Shown piece after piece: positions 10,231-21,008 of a stretch of DNA of 32,000 nucleotides. The notes under the pieces were generated by a model that was not told where the DNA came from, did no database searches, and saw only the letters and a list, made by a program, of their open reading frames with translations. A program made the translations under genes and the position numbers. The stretch comes from Candidatus Saccharimonadota bacterium. GTDB lineage: Bacteria; Patescibacteriota; Gracilibacteria; BD1-5; UBA6164. The DNA is taken from positions 510,001 through 542,000 of the forward strand of contig CP042461.1 of NCBI GenBank assembly GCA_004563595.2, read 5' to 3'. Position 1 is the stretch's first letter. Every line of letters begins with the position of its first letter.

Positions 10231-10584
10231 ATGTCTAATACAGCATCAATATGAGGAGAAGCTTCATGAGTAGATAAATTTGCGTGATTGAGATCGTTAG
10301 GTGTAAATCCAGATATCCAATCAATAGATTTAGAAGTTTCTGATAGTGTCAGCAAAATAATTTTCACCCCAGGTAAGTCACCACTTACGCCTGAGGATGA
10401 TGGAACAGATCACTCTGGAGCATTATATTCTCATCAAGAACATCCTGAATTTGGACTCTCTGGTATTGGTGATTATTCTAACATGAGTAGTTTGAAGGAT
10501 AAACCTGTAACTTTTGAAGAGATTCTTGCTGAACATCAGGAATGGCATTCTTGAAAAAACTCACCACTAAGTATGAATGACTAG
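10231..10584 (+). CDS. Hypothetical protein, 117 aa
   Basis: ATG 10231 is in frame with track ORF 10288..10554. It has five TGA=Gly codons and TAG at 10582-10584. Native codon style resumes immediately after the TGA-free operon. Confidence 0.5.
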
Positions 10585-10600
10585 TCTCTTACTTAATATA

Positions 10601-10643
10601 AAAAAAAGATCTTACTTTATTTAAAGTAAGATCTTTTTTTTAT
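10601..10643. terminator. Bidirectional rho-independent terminator between convergent genes
   Basis: aaaaaaaagatcttacttta ttt aaagtaagatcttttttttt: a perfect stem with an A-run on one side and a T-run on the other. Confidence 0.7.
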
Positions 10644-12025
10644 ATTTTTGCATTATTTATTTGCTGCAGCATTCTAAGGTGACTCTCATTTACATGTTTC
10701 GTTTCTAATGTCATATATTCATCACTTTTTTTTGTATTAGTATCTTCATGAATTATTCACATTTTTCTTAATAACACTGTTAAGCTAGGATCAATTTGTT
10801 GGTCTTTAAACATCTCATGCATAAGTAATCTACTTGTTCATGCTGCAAGGAGTTCTTCTGTACTTACCTCCGTTTTCACAGTAGAAATTTGTGCATAGGT
10901 ATCAATAGCAGATTCTTTAATTGTAGCATTAAAATCTGTAAATATTGTTGGACGAACACTTTTTTTAGAGAGGCTTTGAAGTATATTAAGAGATGTCTCT
11001 ATTTCTGAATGATCTTCGTATAATCATTGTTGTTGCATCATTAACCCTCAGTTAATGAATAGTTTTTTATTATTAATTGGTTGTACCATTAATTGTTGAA
11101 ACAAGTCTATTGTAAGTTCTTCAATCATTTTTGTGAGTTGGCCTAGCTCAAATTTTTTATGTGAATCATCTATTAATAAAAAATGTTGTCATCCTTGAAT
11201 TCTATATCCTTTTAGGTTTGGTAAACCATAACCATTTATAATTGATGGTATAATATCACCTAAAATTACTTTTTCCCCTTCTTTTCAAGATATATTTTGT
11301 ATATTATTAAAGTTTTCAATATCAAAAACAATAACTCAAAAATTAGTTCATTTTTTTAATAATATTTCAGTATCATGAATAAATAGGTGTTTTGTGTATA
11401 AGCCATACTCATCTAGAGTAAGTGCTATATCGATTTTTCTTTTTTGTATTAATTGTTCAATTCTAACTACAATACTATTTGATATTTTAGTCAAAAGAGC
11501 TTGTATATCATTGTTAAACTTTTTTCATTCTATACAAAAAGTTCTTTTTAAAGCTAACTTTAATGATGCTATATCTCGAAAAGAATTTTGTGAAACAATA
11601 AAAGAAGAATTTTTAAGCTTATTTATTCATTGAGAGATATATATGTTTCAATTATTTTCTGAAGCAATGTACTTTTGAATTTGCTTTAAAAGTAATGTCA
11701 TATCTGTATCAATTTCTCATTTTTCACTTATTTGGAACTCTATAATAGGAGAATGAGCGAGCTTATATCAATCTGGGGTACCATCAAGAGCTTCAATTGC
11801 TTTGATTGATTTTGGTAGATTTGATAACAATGTACTTAAAATTGATCCTATGTTATCGGCTCAATTTATATCATTTACAAGTTTTTCTCCTTCTTTTTCA
11901 ATTTCTGATTGAATAAGGTCATTGAATGTGATTGGTTTTAAATGATTTTTAATTGGTTGTTCTTGTTTGTTCTCATCTAAAGAAACTATGTGAGAAACTC
12001 AACTTCAAGGTATTTTGTTTGACAT
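10640..12025 (-). CDS. Hypothetical protein with a degenerate GGDEF-like domain (GGQHF in place of GGDEF), 461 aa
   Basis: ATG (rc) at 12023-12025, TAA (rc) at 10640-10642, length 1386 nt, so the frame is consistent. The central region reads VIVFDIENFNNIQNISGKEGEKVILGDI...LKGYRIQGGQHFLLIDD. This parallels the diguanylate cyclase pattern DIDxFKxxNDxxGHxxGDxVL...RxGGDEFxxLL but lacks the catalytic DE. Confidence 0.45.
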
Positions 12026-12201
12026 TTATTTTATATTAATTTTAAATTCTATTTTATAATACCCATGATTCTAAAAAATCAAGTTTTATTTATGACTTTT
12101 TGTAAATAAATATTGTATATTTTTCAAGTAGATTTTTTTTTGCCTTTTTCTTATTTTTAAACATAATGATTTTAGCTCTAATACTTAATTATATACTATA
12201 A

Positions 12202-13149
12202 ATGGAATCAAAAAATATTCAAGAAAAAATACAACAAGTGAAAACAGAAATAGCAAAAAAAGTAGTGTGACAAGAAAACCTTGTAAGAGACTTGCTAATA
12301 TGACTATTTTCTCAATGACATGTACTTCTTGAATGAGCTCCATGATTAGCAAAAACACTTGCAGTTGCAACGCTTTCAAAAGTAGTTGATTTAAATTTTA
12401 AGAGAATTCAATTTACTCCAGATTTACTTCCAAGTGACCTTATCTGAGCAAAAATATATAACCAAGAAAAACAAGACTTCCAAATAAAAAAGTGACCGAT
12501 TTTTACGAATATAGTTCTTGCAGATGAAATTAATAGATCACCATCAAAGGTCCAATCAGCACTCCTCGAAGCAATGGCAGAAAAACAAGTAACCATAGGA
12601 GATAAATCATATAAACTGAGTGAGCCATTTATGGTTCTTGCTACTCAAAACCCACTCGAACAATCAGGGACATACTCTCTTCCAGAAGCACAACTTGATA
12701 GATTTTTACTTAAAACCATTGTAAACTACCCTAATGAAACCCAAGAAATAGAGATCATGAAACAGTATGCTTCTGATAGTGAAGTAAATCTAGATAAAGT
12801 ACTTTCAAAAAAAGAGCTTTTAGAAATACAAAAACAAGCTGAATCCATATTTGTAAACGATCATATATATGAATATGTAAAAGATCTTGTTTTTTACACG
12901 AGAAATCAAGATTTCATGAAAAAGTACCTTGCTATCTGAGCCTCACCAAGAGCATCAATTGCACTTATAAAAACAGCAAAAATTTTAGCTCTCCTGGACG
13001 GAAGAGACTTTGTCCTCCCAGAAGATATAAAAGAAATGATCTACCCTGTTATGAGGCATAGAATCATCCTCTCATACGAATCAATAGCTGAAGGAGTCAC
13101 AACAGATGATGTAATCACTGAAATCCTTTCTAAAGTAAGTGTTCAATAA
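12202..13149 (+). CDS. moxR: MoxR-family AAA+ ATPase, 315 aa
   Basis: ATG 12202, TAA 13147-13149. Walker A is LLEGAPGLAKT with TGA Gly at 12334-12336 and 12343-12345. Walker B is VLADEINR. Also [27 protein letters not shown] and ASPRASIAL. It joins track ORF 12574..12939. Confidence 0.9.
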
Positions 13150-13264
13150 TTATCTCTTCCCTGAATCCCTACTCTTTAGTCAAAGAGCAGGGGGCTACAA
13201 ATCAGTTAACTGCAGCCTCTTTCTCTTTGACTAAAGAGAGAGAATTCAAGTGAGAGATAATTAT
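13146..13264 (+). repeat. Long imperfect inverted repeat (~119 nt extended hairpin) in the moxR-DUF58 spacer
   Basis: The left arm 13150-13187 (ttatctcttccctgaatccctactctttagtcaaagag) pairs with the right arm 13223-13260 (ctctttgactaaagagagagaattcaagtgagagataa). By hand pairing, 31 Watson-Crick and 2 G-U pairs out of 38. The outer 12 nt (ataattatctct / agagataattat) are perfectly complementary. It starts on the moxR stop codon. Confidence 0.7.
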
Positions 13265-13284
13265 TATAATTTCAATATACAACA

Positions 13285-14124
13285 ATGCATAAAAAACATA
13301 AAAACCTTCTCGACCTAAAAATAAATAGACTCGTTGATAATCTCTCTGTTTGAAACCATAAAACAGCATTCAAGGCAAAATGAATGGAATTCGCTGACTA
13401 CAGAGAATATGAATACGGTGAAGAAAGTAAGAACATTGATTGGCTAGCATCTTCAAGAGAATGAAAAATGATAGTGAAGTTATTTGAAGAAGAAAGGGAG
13501 ATGGATGTATATGTATTAGCACTATTTGATTGAGATATCGATTTTGAATTCAATGGAGTAAAAAAAAGAGATGTAGTTGAAGAGATTTTTTACCTACTTG
13601 GACTCTCAACTATACAGTTTCAAAATAAACTATGAGCAATTTTTCATGATAGTGAGAAAAAAAGAATATTTGAAGCAAAGAAATCAAAGGCTCACTTTTT
13701 AAATATATTTTCAGAGTTTGAGAAGAGTAATTTTTCAGGGAATGATATAAATAGCTATTTAGAATATTTTAACTGACTAAATATAAAGAACTCTCTTGTT
13801 TTTTTACTCACATCAGATACAAATATTGATGAAAAAATATTAAAAATATCATGTGTAAAGAATGATTTTGTCGTTTGTAATACTTTTCATTCATTTGAGA
13901 ATAATCTTACAGGTACATGAATAATATGATTGAAAAACTCTTGAATGAAAGTCTCTATAGACTTAGATGATACAGAGAAAAAAAATCAATATAAAAAACT
14001 CAGATATGATAAATTAAGCAGCTTTAAAGATAAAGTTTTTTCTTCCAAATGAAGATATTTATACTTTGATGAGAATACCTGTGTATTCAGTGAATTTTTT
14101 AAATTTTTTCATACACATTATTAA
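13285..14124 (+). CDS. DUF58 family protein (MoxR-associated, VWA-like)
   Basis: ATG 13285, TAA 14122-14124. Signature GMEFADYREYEYGEESKNIDWLASSREGKMIVKLFEEE. Its position directly after moxR is typical. Confidence 0.8.
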
Positions 14125-14146
14125 AAAATAATTATAAGTTATCCAT

Positions 14147-14602
14147 ATGCAAGAACTATATTGACTTAGAGAAACACAATTAGATTATATAATTATCCCA
14201 ATAATAGCATTATTATTAGGAGTTATTATATATTCATTATTCCTGAAATATTTACAGGATAATAAGTGAAGTAAAAAGGCTGAAGAAATGATTGTAGAGG
14301 AGCATTTTGATCCGGTAGATATAATATATAAAAAGCTTCAAGTATTAAAAAAAGAATCTCATGTTATCTCAAAAGATATCTTTTATAAAGAAGTGAACGA
14401 TATATTTCGAGAATATTTTGTTTTATTATGAGTCTCAGGAGCATTTCAATCTACTTTAAAAGAACTTGAAAAATCTTGATTACCAAATGAGTTATTAGTT
14501 TTATTTAAAAGATGTTATTATCAGGAGTTTTCACTATCCCTAAATTCAATGAATGATAGAGAAGATATTATAGAAGATTTTATAAAAATATTACAAAAAT
14601 AA
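14147..14602 (+). CDS. Small membrane protein of the Bat operon (DUF4381-like position)
   Basis: ATG 14147, TAA 14600-14602. One TM helix IIIPIIALLLGVIIYSLFL. It sits between DUF58 and batA, as in Bacteroides-type aerotolerance operons. Confidence 0.55.
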
Positions 14603-14603
14603 T

Positions 14604-15614
14604 ATGTTTACATTTTTATATCCATGAGTTTTCCTATTTATTGTACCAGTAATTATATTGGTTGTTTTTTTGTATTTCCAATGATTAAGAAGAGTAGATT
14701 TTTGACCATTAAAAGATCTGCAAAAATTTTATAAAAAAGATACTCTCTATTTTAAGATATATAATTTTTTATTACTGCTGATATTTTTTGTTTTTATAAC
14801 AATTTTATCCGGACCAGTAGTAAGTGAAACAAAGGAAAACATAAAGAAAAATGGTATTGATATACAAATAGTCTTGGATGTATCACTTTCTATGATCGCT
14901 GAGGACCTAAAACCAAATAGATTAGAAGTAGCAAAGTGAGTGATATATGATTTTTTAAACACTCTCAAAACAGATAGAGTTGGGCTTGTTATTTTCGCAT
15001 GAAAACCATTTATCTCACTCCCACTCAATTTTGATTATAATATTTCAAAAAAAATAGTAGATAAAATTTCAGTATCTACTATTAATCAAAACTCCCCTCA
15101 CTTACAATGAACGGCTGTATGAGATGCTTTGTTATTAGCTACTGATTCATTTGATGACAAATCAAAGCAGAGATGAAAAGTCATTGTTTTGATAACCGAT
15201 TGAGAGGCTAACAAGTGATTGAATCCATTAATCTGAGTTGAATATGTAAATAAGTTGTATAAGAATAGCTTAAACAAAGAAAAAATAAAAGTGTATACTA
15301 TCTGAATATGATGATCAGAAAAAACGTTTATTCTCTATAAACACCCCTTTGCTTGAACTCAAAAGGTAGAAATTTCTTGAGTGGATGAAGAGACTTTAAA
15401 AACTATTGCTTCAAAAACATGATGAGAATATTTTAGGGCAACAGATAAAAAGAGCTTAGAGAAGATATTTGAAAATATTTCAAAACTTGAGAAAAAAGAA
15501 ATAGAAGTAGAATCTATTGAAGTTCATAAAAGTAAAAATATATATTTTGTTTCTTTGTTGATGATATTATTTTTACTCCTCTTTCTACTTAAATTAAGAA
15601 AGAATATAATTTAA
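14604..15614 (+). CDS. batA: VWA-domain membrane protein BatA
   Basis: ATG 14604 (1 nt after the upstream stop), TAA 15612-15614. MIDAS elements LDVSLSM, GTAVGDAL, ITDGEANKG and IGIG, with N- and C-terminal TM helices. Confidence 0.85.
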
Positions 15615-16577
15615 ATGAAAAATATGATATTTTCAAATGTAAATAATCTGAGTATTACTTTATTTTTACTTTTCGTAGGAGTATCTTTTATTTTTACATT
15701 TTTACTTTTTAAGAGGCAAAAATCTCTTGTTGTTTCTGTCTGTCTTTGATTATCAATGATATTTCTATCGATAAATATATTTGAGATCAAAGGATGACCA
15801 GCTCAGAATGTTCAAGAACTTGGTTGATCAAACATACTTTTTGTACTTGATGTGAGTAAAAGTATGGATGCACTTGATTTTAAAAATGATAGAAGCGTTA
15901 TATCTCGATTATCCACTGCTAAAATATTTATAAATTCATATTTAGATTATAGTACCAATAATAGCTATTGATTATTTGTATTTGCATGAGAAACACTTGA
16001 AATATTGCCATTTACAAGAGATCTGTGATTATATAAAACTATATTGCAATGAGTCGATAAAAATAATGTCTCAAAAAATTGAAGCGAATTTATATGAATT
16101 TTTAGAAGCTTATCTCGATTTTTTAAGGAAAGTAATGATAATTCACTTGTTGTGATATTTACTGATTGAGGAGAAGAAAGTCAAGCTGACTTAGATGATT
16201 ATGTAGTAAAATTAAATGAGAAGAATATTCTGGTCTTGGTTGTATGAATATGATCACTTAAATGAAATTATATCCCTATTTGAAGAAATTCTTTTGGGCA
16301 AATACAATATAAGATATATAATTGAAAAAAAGTAATAAGTGCATTGAATGAATCTTTTTTAAAAAGACTTTCTTCGAAGTATGACTTTGAATATATTCAT
16401 TTAGAGAACCTTAAAGACCTTGAAGCTATTAGTAATATAATTACAAGTATGTCTTGAGATGTTGTTTCGAATCAAAATATAAATTCTAGAACTGACCTGA
16501 CTTACGTTTTTGCTATTATATCATTTCTTTTTTTTATTTTATTTTTATTTTTTGAATATAAATTATGAAAAAAATAA
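15615..16577 (+). CDS. batB: VWA-domain membrane protein BatB
   Basis: ATG 15615 directly abuts the batA stop. LDVSKSM, FTDGGEES and VVGIGS motifs, plus a C-terminal TM helix. The frame passes TGA at 16566-16568 and ends at TAA 16575-16577. Confidence 0.8.
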
Positions 16578-17239
16578 GCTTAGTAACATGCGCCTGTATA
16601 GTTTTATTTTTTATTGTTAATTATAATGCTATTATATCAGAGTATTATAACTATAAAGGAAATATCTTGTATCAGGAATGATCGTTTACATGAGCTTTAG
16701 CATATCATAATTGATCACTTCAGAATAAAAAGTCTCCTGAGATTTTACATAACTTATGAAATGATAGTTTTAAAATTTGAGAGGAGAATACTGATCTGCA
16801 AAGAAAATTTGAGTTGTATAATAATGCATTAAATTTTTACTCATGATCGTTGAGTATTGCAGAAAATTTCGAAACTCGAGAAAATTATAATTATGTACTT
16901 GAAAAGATAATAGAAGAATTTACGAAACAAGAGAATAAAGGTCAGGATAAAAATAGGGAAGAACAAGATGAAAATAATAATGACCAAAATCAAAACTCAA
17001 GTAACACTTGATCTAATTCTGAGGAGAATTCAGGAGCACAGATCGAATTATCAGAATCTAACATGGAAGAAATTAAAGACTATATAGAAAAACTAAAAAG
17101 ACAGCAAGCTAAAAACTGACAGTACTTTAATAAGGAGGAACAATCAGATATTGATTCTAATAATTTCTTTTTCTGAAATTTTGTAAATGACCCATTTTTT
17201 CAAGATGTATTTAATAGATGATGAGAAAAAGATTGGTAA
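16565..17239 (+). CDS. batC: TPR-containing BatC-like protein
   Basis: ATG 16565 overlaps the batB end. Signal-anchor CACIVLFFIV, TPR-like GNILYQEGSFTGALAYHNGSL...LGNDSF, an acidic/low-complexity middle, and a C-terminal ...GGEKDW. TAA at 17237-17239. Confidence 0.7.
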
Positions 17240-17240
17240 T

Positions 17241-17274
17241 AAAAAACTCTCAGCATACGCTGAGAGTTTTTTAT
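17241..17274. terminator. Bidirectional terminator between batC and ybaB
   Basis: aaaaaactctcagc atac gctgagagtttttt. Confidence 0.75.
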
Positions 17275-17303
17275 ATAGATACATTGTGAGGTTATGTCCC
17301 TTT

Positions 17304-17636
17304 TTACATTCCAGGGAGTCATCCAGCACCCATATTTCCCATTCCCATTTGACTCATTACTCATTTCATTTTTTCAGCTGCAACTTCTTGAGATTTTTTA
17401 ATTCATTTATTTACTGCTTCCAAGATTGCAGTTTCTAATGCTGCTTTTTCTGAGCTAGATAAGCTTGGAATTAAGTCAGTTGTTTCAAACTCAACTTTTT
17501 CTATTTTCATTTCTCAGTTTACTGTGATCACAAGTCCACTTACTTCAGATTCAATAAATGTATTTTCTAATTGTTTTTTTACTTTCATTGCTTCTTGTTG
17601 AAGTTTCATCATTTCTCATGCTTTTGAAAAATCCAT
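17304..17636 (-). CDS. ybaB: YbaB/EbfC-family nucleoid-associated protein, 110 aa
   Basis: ATG (rc) 17634-17636, TAA (rc) 17304-17306. Reads MMKLQQEAMKVKKQLENTFIESEVSGLVITVNGEMKIEKVEF...ALETAILEAVNKGIKKSQEVAAEKMKGVMSQMG. Confidence 0.85.
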
Positions 17637-17767
17637 ATTTATTTTTTATTATATATTAAACATTTTGTGTAGAGATTATATAAATATATTATTTTTTTTC
17701 AAATTTTTGACTCTGAAAATTTTTTGTGTTACAATTTAATCATGTATTAGTTACTAAATGAAAAACT

Positions 17768-18538
17768 ATGGGAACTACTGGTCAATCAAAAGATGATGAT
17801 TTAATCATTTTATCAGATGATATAACTACAGATGAAGAAACATTTTGAGAAAATATTTTAGATGATTCTGTTTTATTAGATGATACAAAGGAGAATGACT
17901 CTGATATTCTTACATTTGATGCTGATTTAAGTAAAGCTGAGGATTGAGTTATGGATAATATGAGTGAAGATACTATCATTGATTTAGATGATAATAACTC
18001 TCTTGATCCTATAGAAGATGATTCAGATACAAAGTGAGATGATTCAAAAATAGATTTTGATTTTTGAGACTTATGATCTGATAATGTTGAAAAAGAAGAG
18101 GAATCTACTACAGAACAAGAGAATTCATTAGATATCTCTGATTCTGACGAGATATTAGACTTATGAGAATGATTGAATATTCCTGAGGATACTATTCAAG
18201 AAGATACTGAATGAAATAATGAAGAATCAGGTTTTTCTTTAGATTCAACTACATTCTCAGGTGATAATTCTTCAGATAACTGAACTATGTCATCCATCTT
18301 AGATGATACTATTTCGAAACTTAGTTCAAGAAAAGGAGCATTAGAGGATAAAAAAAATATAGAAGAAACTCATATATCTGAATTAAAAGATCAAGTAAAA
18401 GATTTAGAAATTCAAGTTTCTGATTCTGAAGAAAAAGTTGAAAATTTCAAAACTGAATCAAAACATATTGAATCTAATATTTCTCAATTAGAGAAAATGA
18501 AAGAAGTACCGAGTGATTGAGGGAAGAAAATGAAATAA
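17768..18538 (+). CDS. Highly acidic hypothetical protein with a C-terminal coiled coil, 256 aa
   Basis: ATG 17768 is in frame with track ORF 18287..18520 and continues past the TGA at 18518 to TAA 18536-18538. The N-terminal two thirds are D/E/S-rich. The C-terminus reads ELKDQVKDLEIQVSDSEEKVENFKTE. Confidence 0.6.
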
Positions 18539-18545
18539 TAGCCAT

Positions 18546-18581
18546 AAAAACCCCTGACTTGAATAAGTCAGGGGTTTTTAT
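18546..18581 (+). terminator. Rho-independent terminator
   Basis: aaaaacccctgactt gaat aagtcaggggttttt. Confidence 0.8.
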
Positions 18582-18590
18582 ATATAAAAA

Positions 18591-18640
18591 TTATTAAACA
18601 ATAATAGTCAAATTAAATCTTGACTATTATTGTTTAATAA
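18591..18640. repeat. Perfect 21-bp inverted repeat with an 8-nt spacer, overlapping a putative promoter
   Basis: ttattaaacaataatagtcaa (18591-18611) / attaaatc / ttgactattattgtttaataa (18620-18640). The right arm begins with TTGACT (18620-18625), and TAGAGT lies 16 nt downstream at 18642-18647. Confidence 0.6.
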
Positions 18641-18690
18641 TTAGAGTGCTTTATTAAGGAGGAGATATATTAAATAATCTCTAAAAAATC

Positions 18691-21006
18691 ATGCAAAAAT
18701 CTAGTATTCAGTATTTAGGTGGGATCGATAATAAAGATAAAGGAGTGACACTTACCTGAAGTGCTACTTTATTAAAAGTTCAATGAGAGTATCAAACTTT
18801 AAGTGTATTAATTGATTATGGAATGTTTCAGTGAGGCTTAAAGGATTCGGATATCAATCAATTGGTTGATGAAGAGGCTTTAAATGCAAATTGTATAGTC
18901 CTTACGCATGCTCATTTAGATCATTGTGGTAGATTACCATTACTAGTAAAAGAAGGATATAAAAATCCTATTTTTATGACAGATTTAACAAAAAAGCAAA
19001 TTTTTCATATTCTTTCAGATCATGTAAAAATTGTTCGCTATGAAATTGATGCAGTTTCTTCTCAAAATACAAAAAAATCAAATTTATATAAAAGAGCATT
19101 ATACATAAAAGATATGTGTAAGAGACTTAAGGAAAATAATTTATCTGATGAAGATAAGCAAAAATTTAAATCAGGCTTATTAAAAAAACTACAATGAAAA
19201 AATCAGTCAGAATGACTTAAAGAAGCCGAGGGATTATTATCAGCAGCAGGGATAGAGAATAATTGAGATATAGAGAAGATTCTACAAGATTTACCAGTTC
19301 TATTCTATGATGAAAAAGATATAGATGCTATGATGAAGTTAGTTCAAAAATTGGAAATTTGAGGAGAAAAAGTATTAAAGGATTATATGTATATTACTTC
19401 ATTAGATGATGATGACCTGGATAAGACTCTGCAAGCTGTGAAGCAGGGGTATAGTCAACCAATAAATGTAGATACAAAGTTATTAATTCCTCTTAAAACT
19501 AAATTAAATCAAAGAATTTGAGTAACAGAAAAAGCTATTGATGAAAATCTAAGAATTACTAAAGAGAATAATGCTTTACAAGAAGAGCTTATAGAAGCAT
19601 TTAATTTCATTACAGAGGTTGGTCAAGAAACAGCCAGAGAAATATATGATAGATATATGGAAAAATTAACTGAATATAATATTGAATCGTTAGATGATAT
19701 AGAAAAGGCAGGTGAGCAATTATATTATATTAAGTTTGATTTGGATACATTATACAATACTAGAAATCAGTTTGGATGAGTAGAAATTGATTATCAAAAA
19801 GATATTATAGATGCAGTAAAATTACGTTTTTTAGATGCATGACATATAGAATGAAGTATTCAGGCACTTATTACCGTTGTTACTGAAAAGATTGATAACT
19901 GTCTACGTTCAAAAAACCCTGTACCTCTTCCTAAAAAAAGAGCAACTCATAAAAATTTATTATTTACTTGAGATTTAGGAAGATTTAAAGACCCAAATTT
20001 AGCAGGTACTCCTGAGATTTCTGATTTAAAACTCGATTACCTACAAATGGAAACTACATATGCGGGCCGAGTTCATCCAGAAAAGCAAGAGAGTATAAAT
20101 GACTTTTTTAATGCCATACATAAAGCAGAATGAAAGGTGGTTATTCCATGTTTTTCTATGCAAAGGACTCAAGAAATATTAGTGCTATTAGTAGAGCAAC
20201 TCTTAGAAGCTAAAAATGATATACCAGTATTAAAAAAGAAATCAGCAAAATTAAAAAGAATTGAAGATGAACTCAAAAACTTACAATGATGAAATCTGGA
20301 AAAGAAAAGAATACCTGCCAGACAACAAGCAAAAATAGATAGAGTATTATGACTAAAAAATGAATTAAAAAAAGAAATAAAAGAGTTAAAGAGTAGGTGT
20401 TTCCAATATGATATTATACTAGATAGCCCTTTGAGTACTGAAATTACAAACATATATACAACAAATTTATTTGAAAAATATAGGTTATTATCTAATCAGG
20501 TTCAAAAAGAATTATTAGGAAAACCAGTGGTTGATGTATTATTAAATCAATCGGACCATAATAAGCTTTATACTGAGAAAAGAAGAAATAAAAAAGAAAT
20601 TATTCTCTCTTCATGATGAATGTGCCAATGAGGATCCGTACTAAATCATTTAAAGGAAAATCTATGAAACACACAGTCAACGATAATCTTTGTCTGATAC
20701 TGTCCAGATAATACAAGGGGATGATATATTAAAAATAAGAAAAGTATTGAAATCGAATGAGGACTCTATGAGATATATGCAAATGTAGTTAATATTAATG
20801 GATTTTCAGGGCATTTAGATGAAGAAGAAATATTTCATTATTTTGAAAAATCTTCATTTGCTAGATGAGCAAAAGTAGTGTTAAATCATGGAACTGAATC
20901 AAGACATATATTAGCTAATAAAATTAGTGAAGAAATTTTTTGATGTCGCTCATCTGTAAAAGTATTAGTTCCTTCTTTAAATGATACTATAGAATTTAAA
21001 TTATAA
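18691..21006 (+). CDS. Metallo-beta-lactamase fold, beta-CASP family nuclease (RNA-metabolising type) with large coiled-coil insertions, 771 aa
   Basis: ATG 18691, TAA 21004-21006, joining track ORFs 18862..19197 and 20431..20616. Motifs in order: VLIDYGMFQGG, LTHAHLDHCGRLPLL (HxHxDH), FLDAGHIEGS, LFTGDLGR, METTYAGR, IPCFSMQRTQE, SGGMCQGGS, FSGHLD and VLNHG. Confidence 0.8.
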
Positions 21007-21008
21007 AC

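Noticed and set aside
16500-16560. T-rich periodic stretch (ttttttattttatttttatttttt) as a possible tandem repeat
   Set aside because: It is in frame within batB and encodes its C-terminal hydrophobic helix (FAIISFLFFILFLFF). This is compositional, not a repeat element. No CRISPR-like repeat-spacer structure occurs anywhere in the window.
18655-18665. AAGGAGGAG as the ribosome-binding site of the nuclease gene
   Set aside because: It lies about 26 nt upstream of ATG 18691 with no nearer start codon. The spacing is not SD-like.
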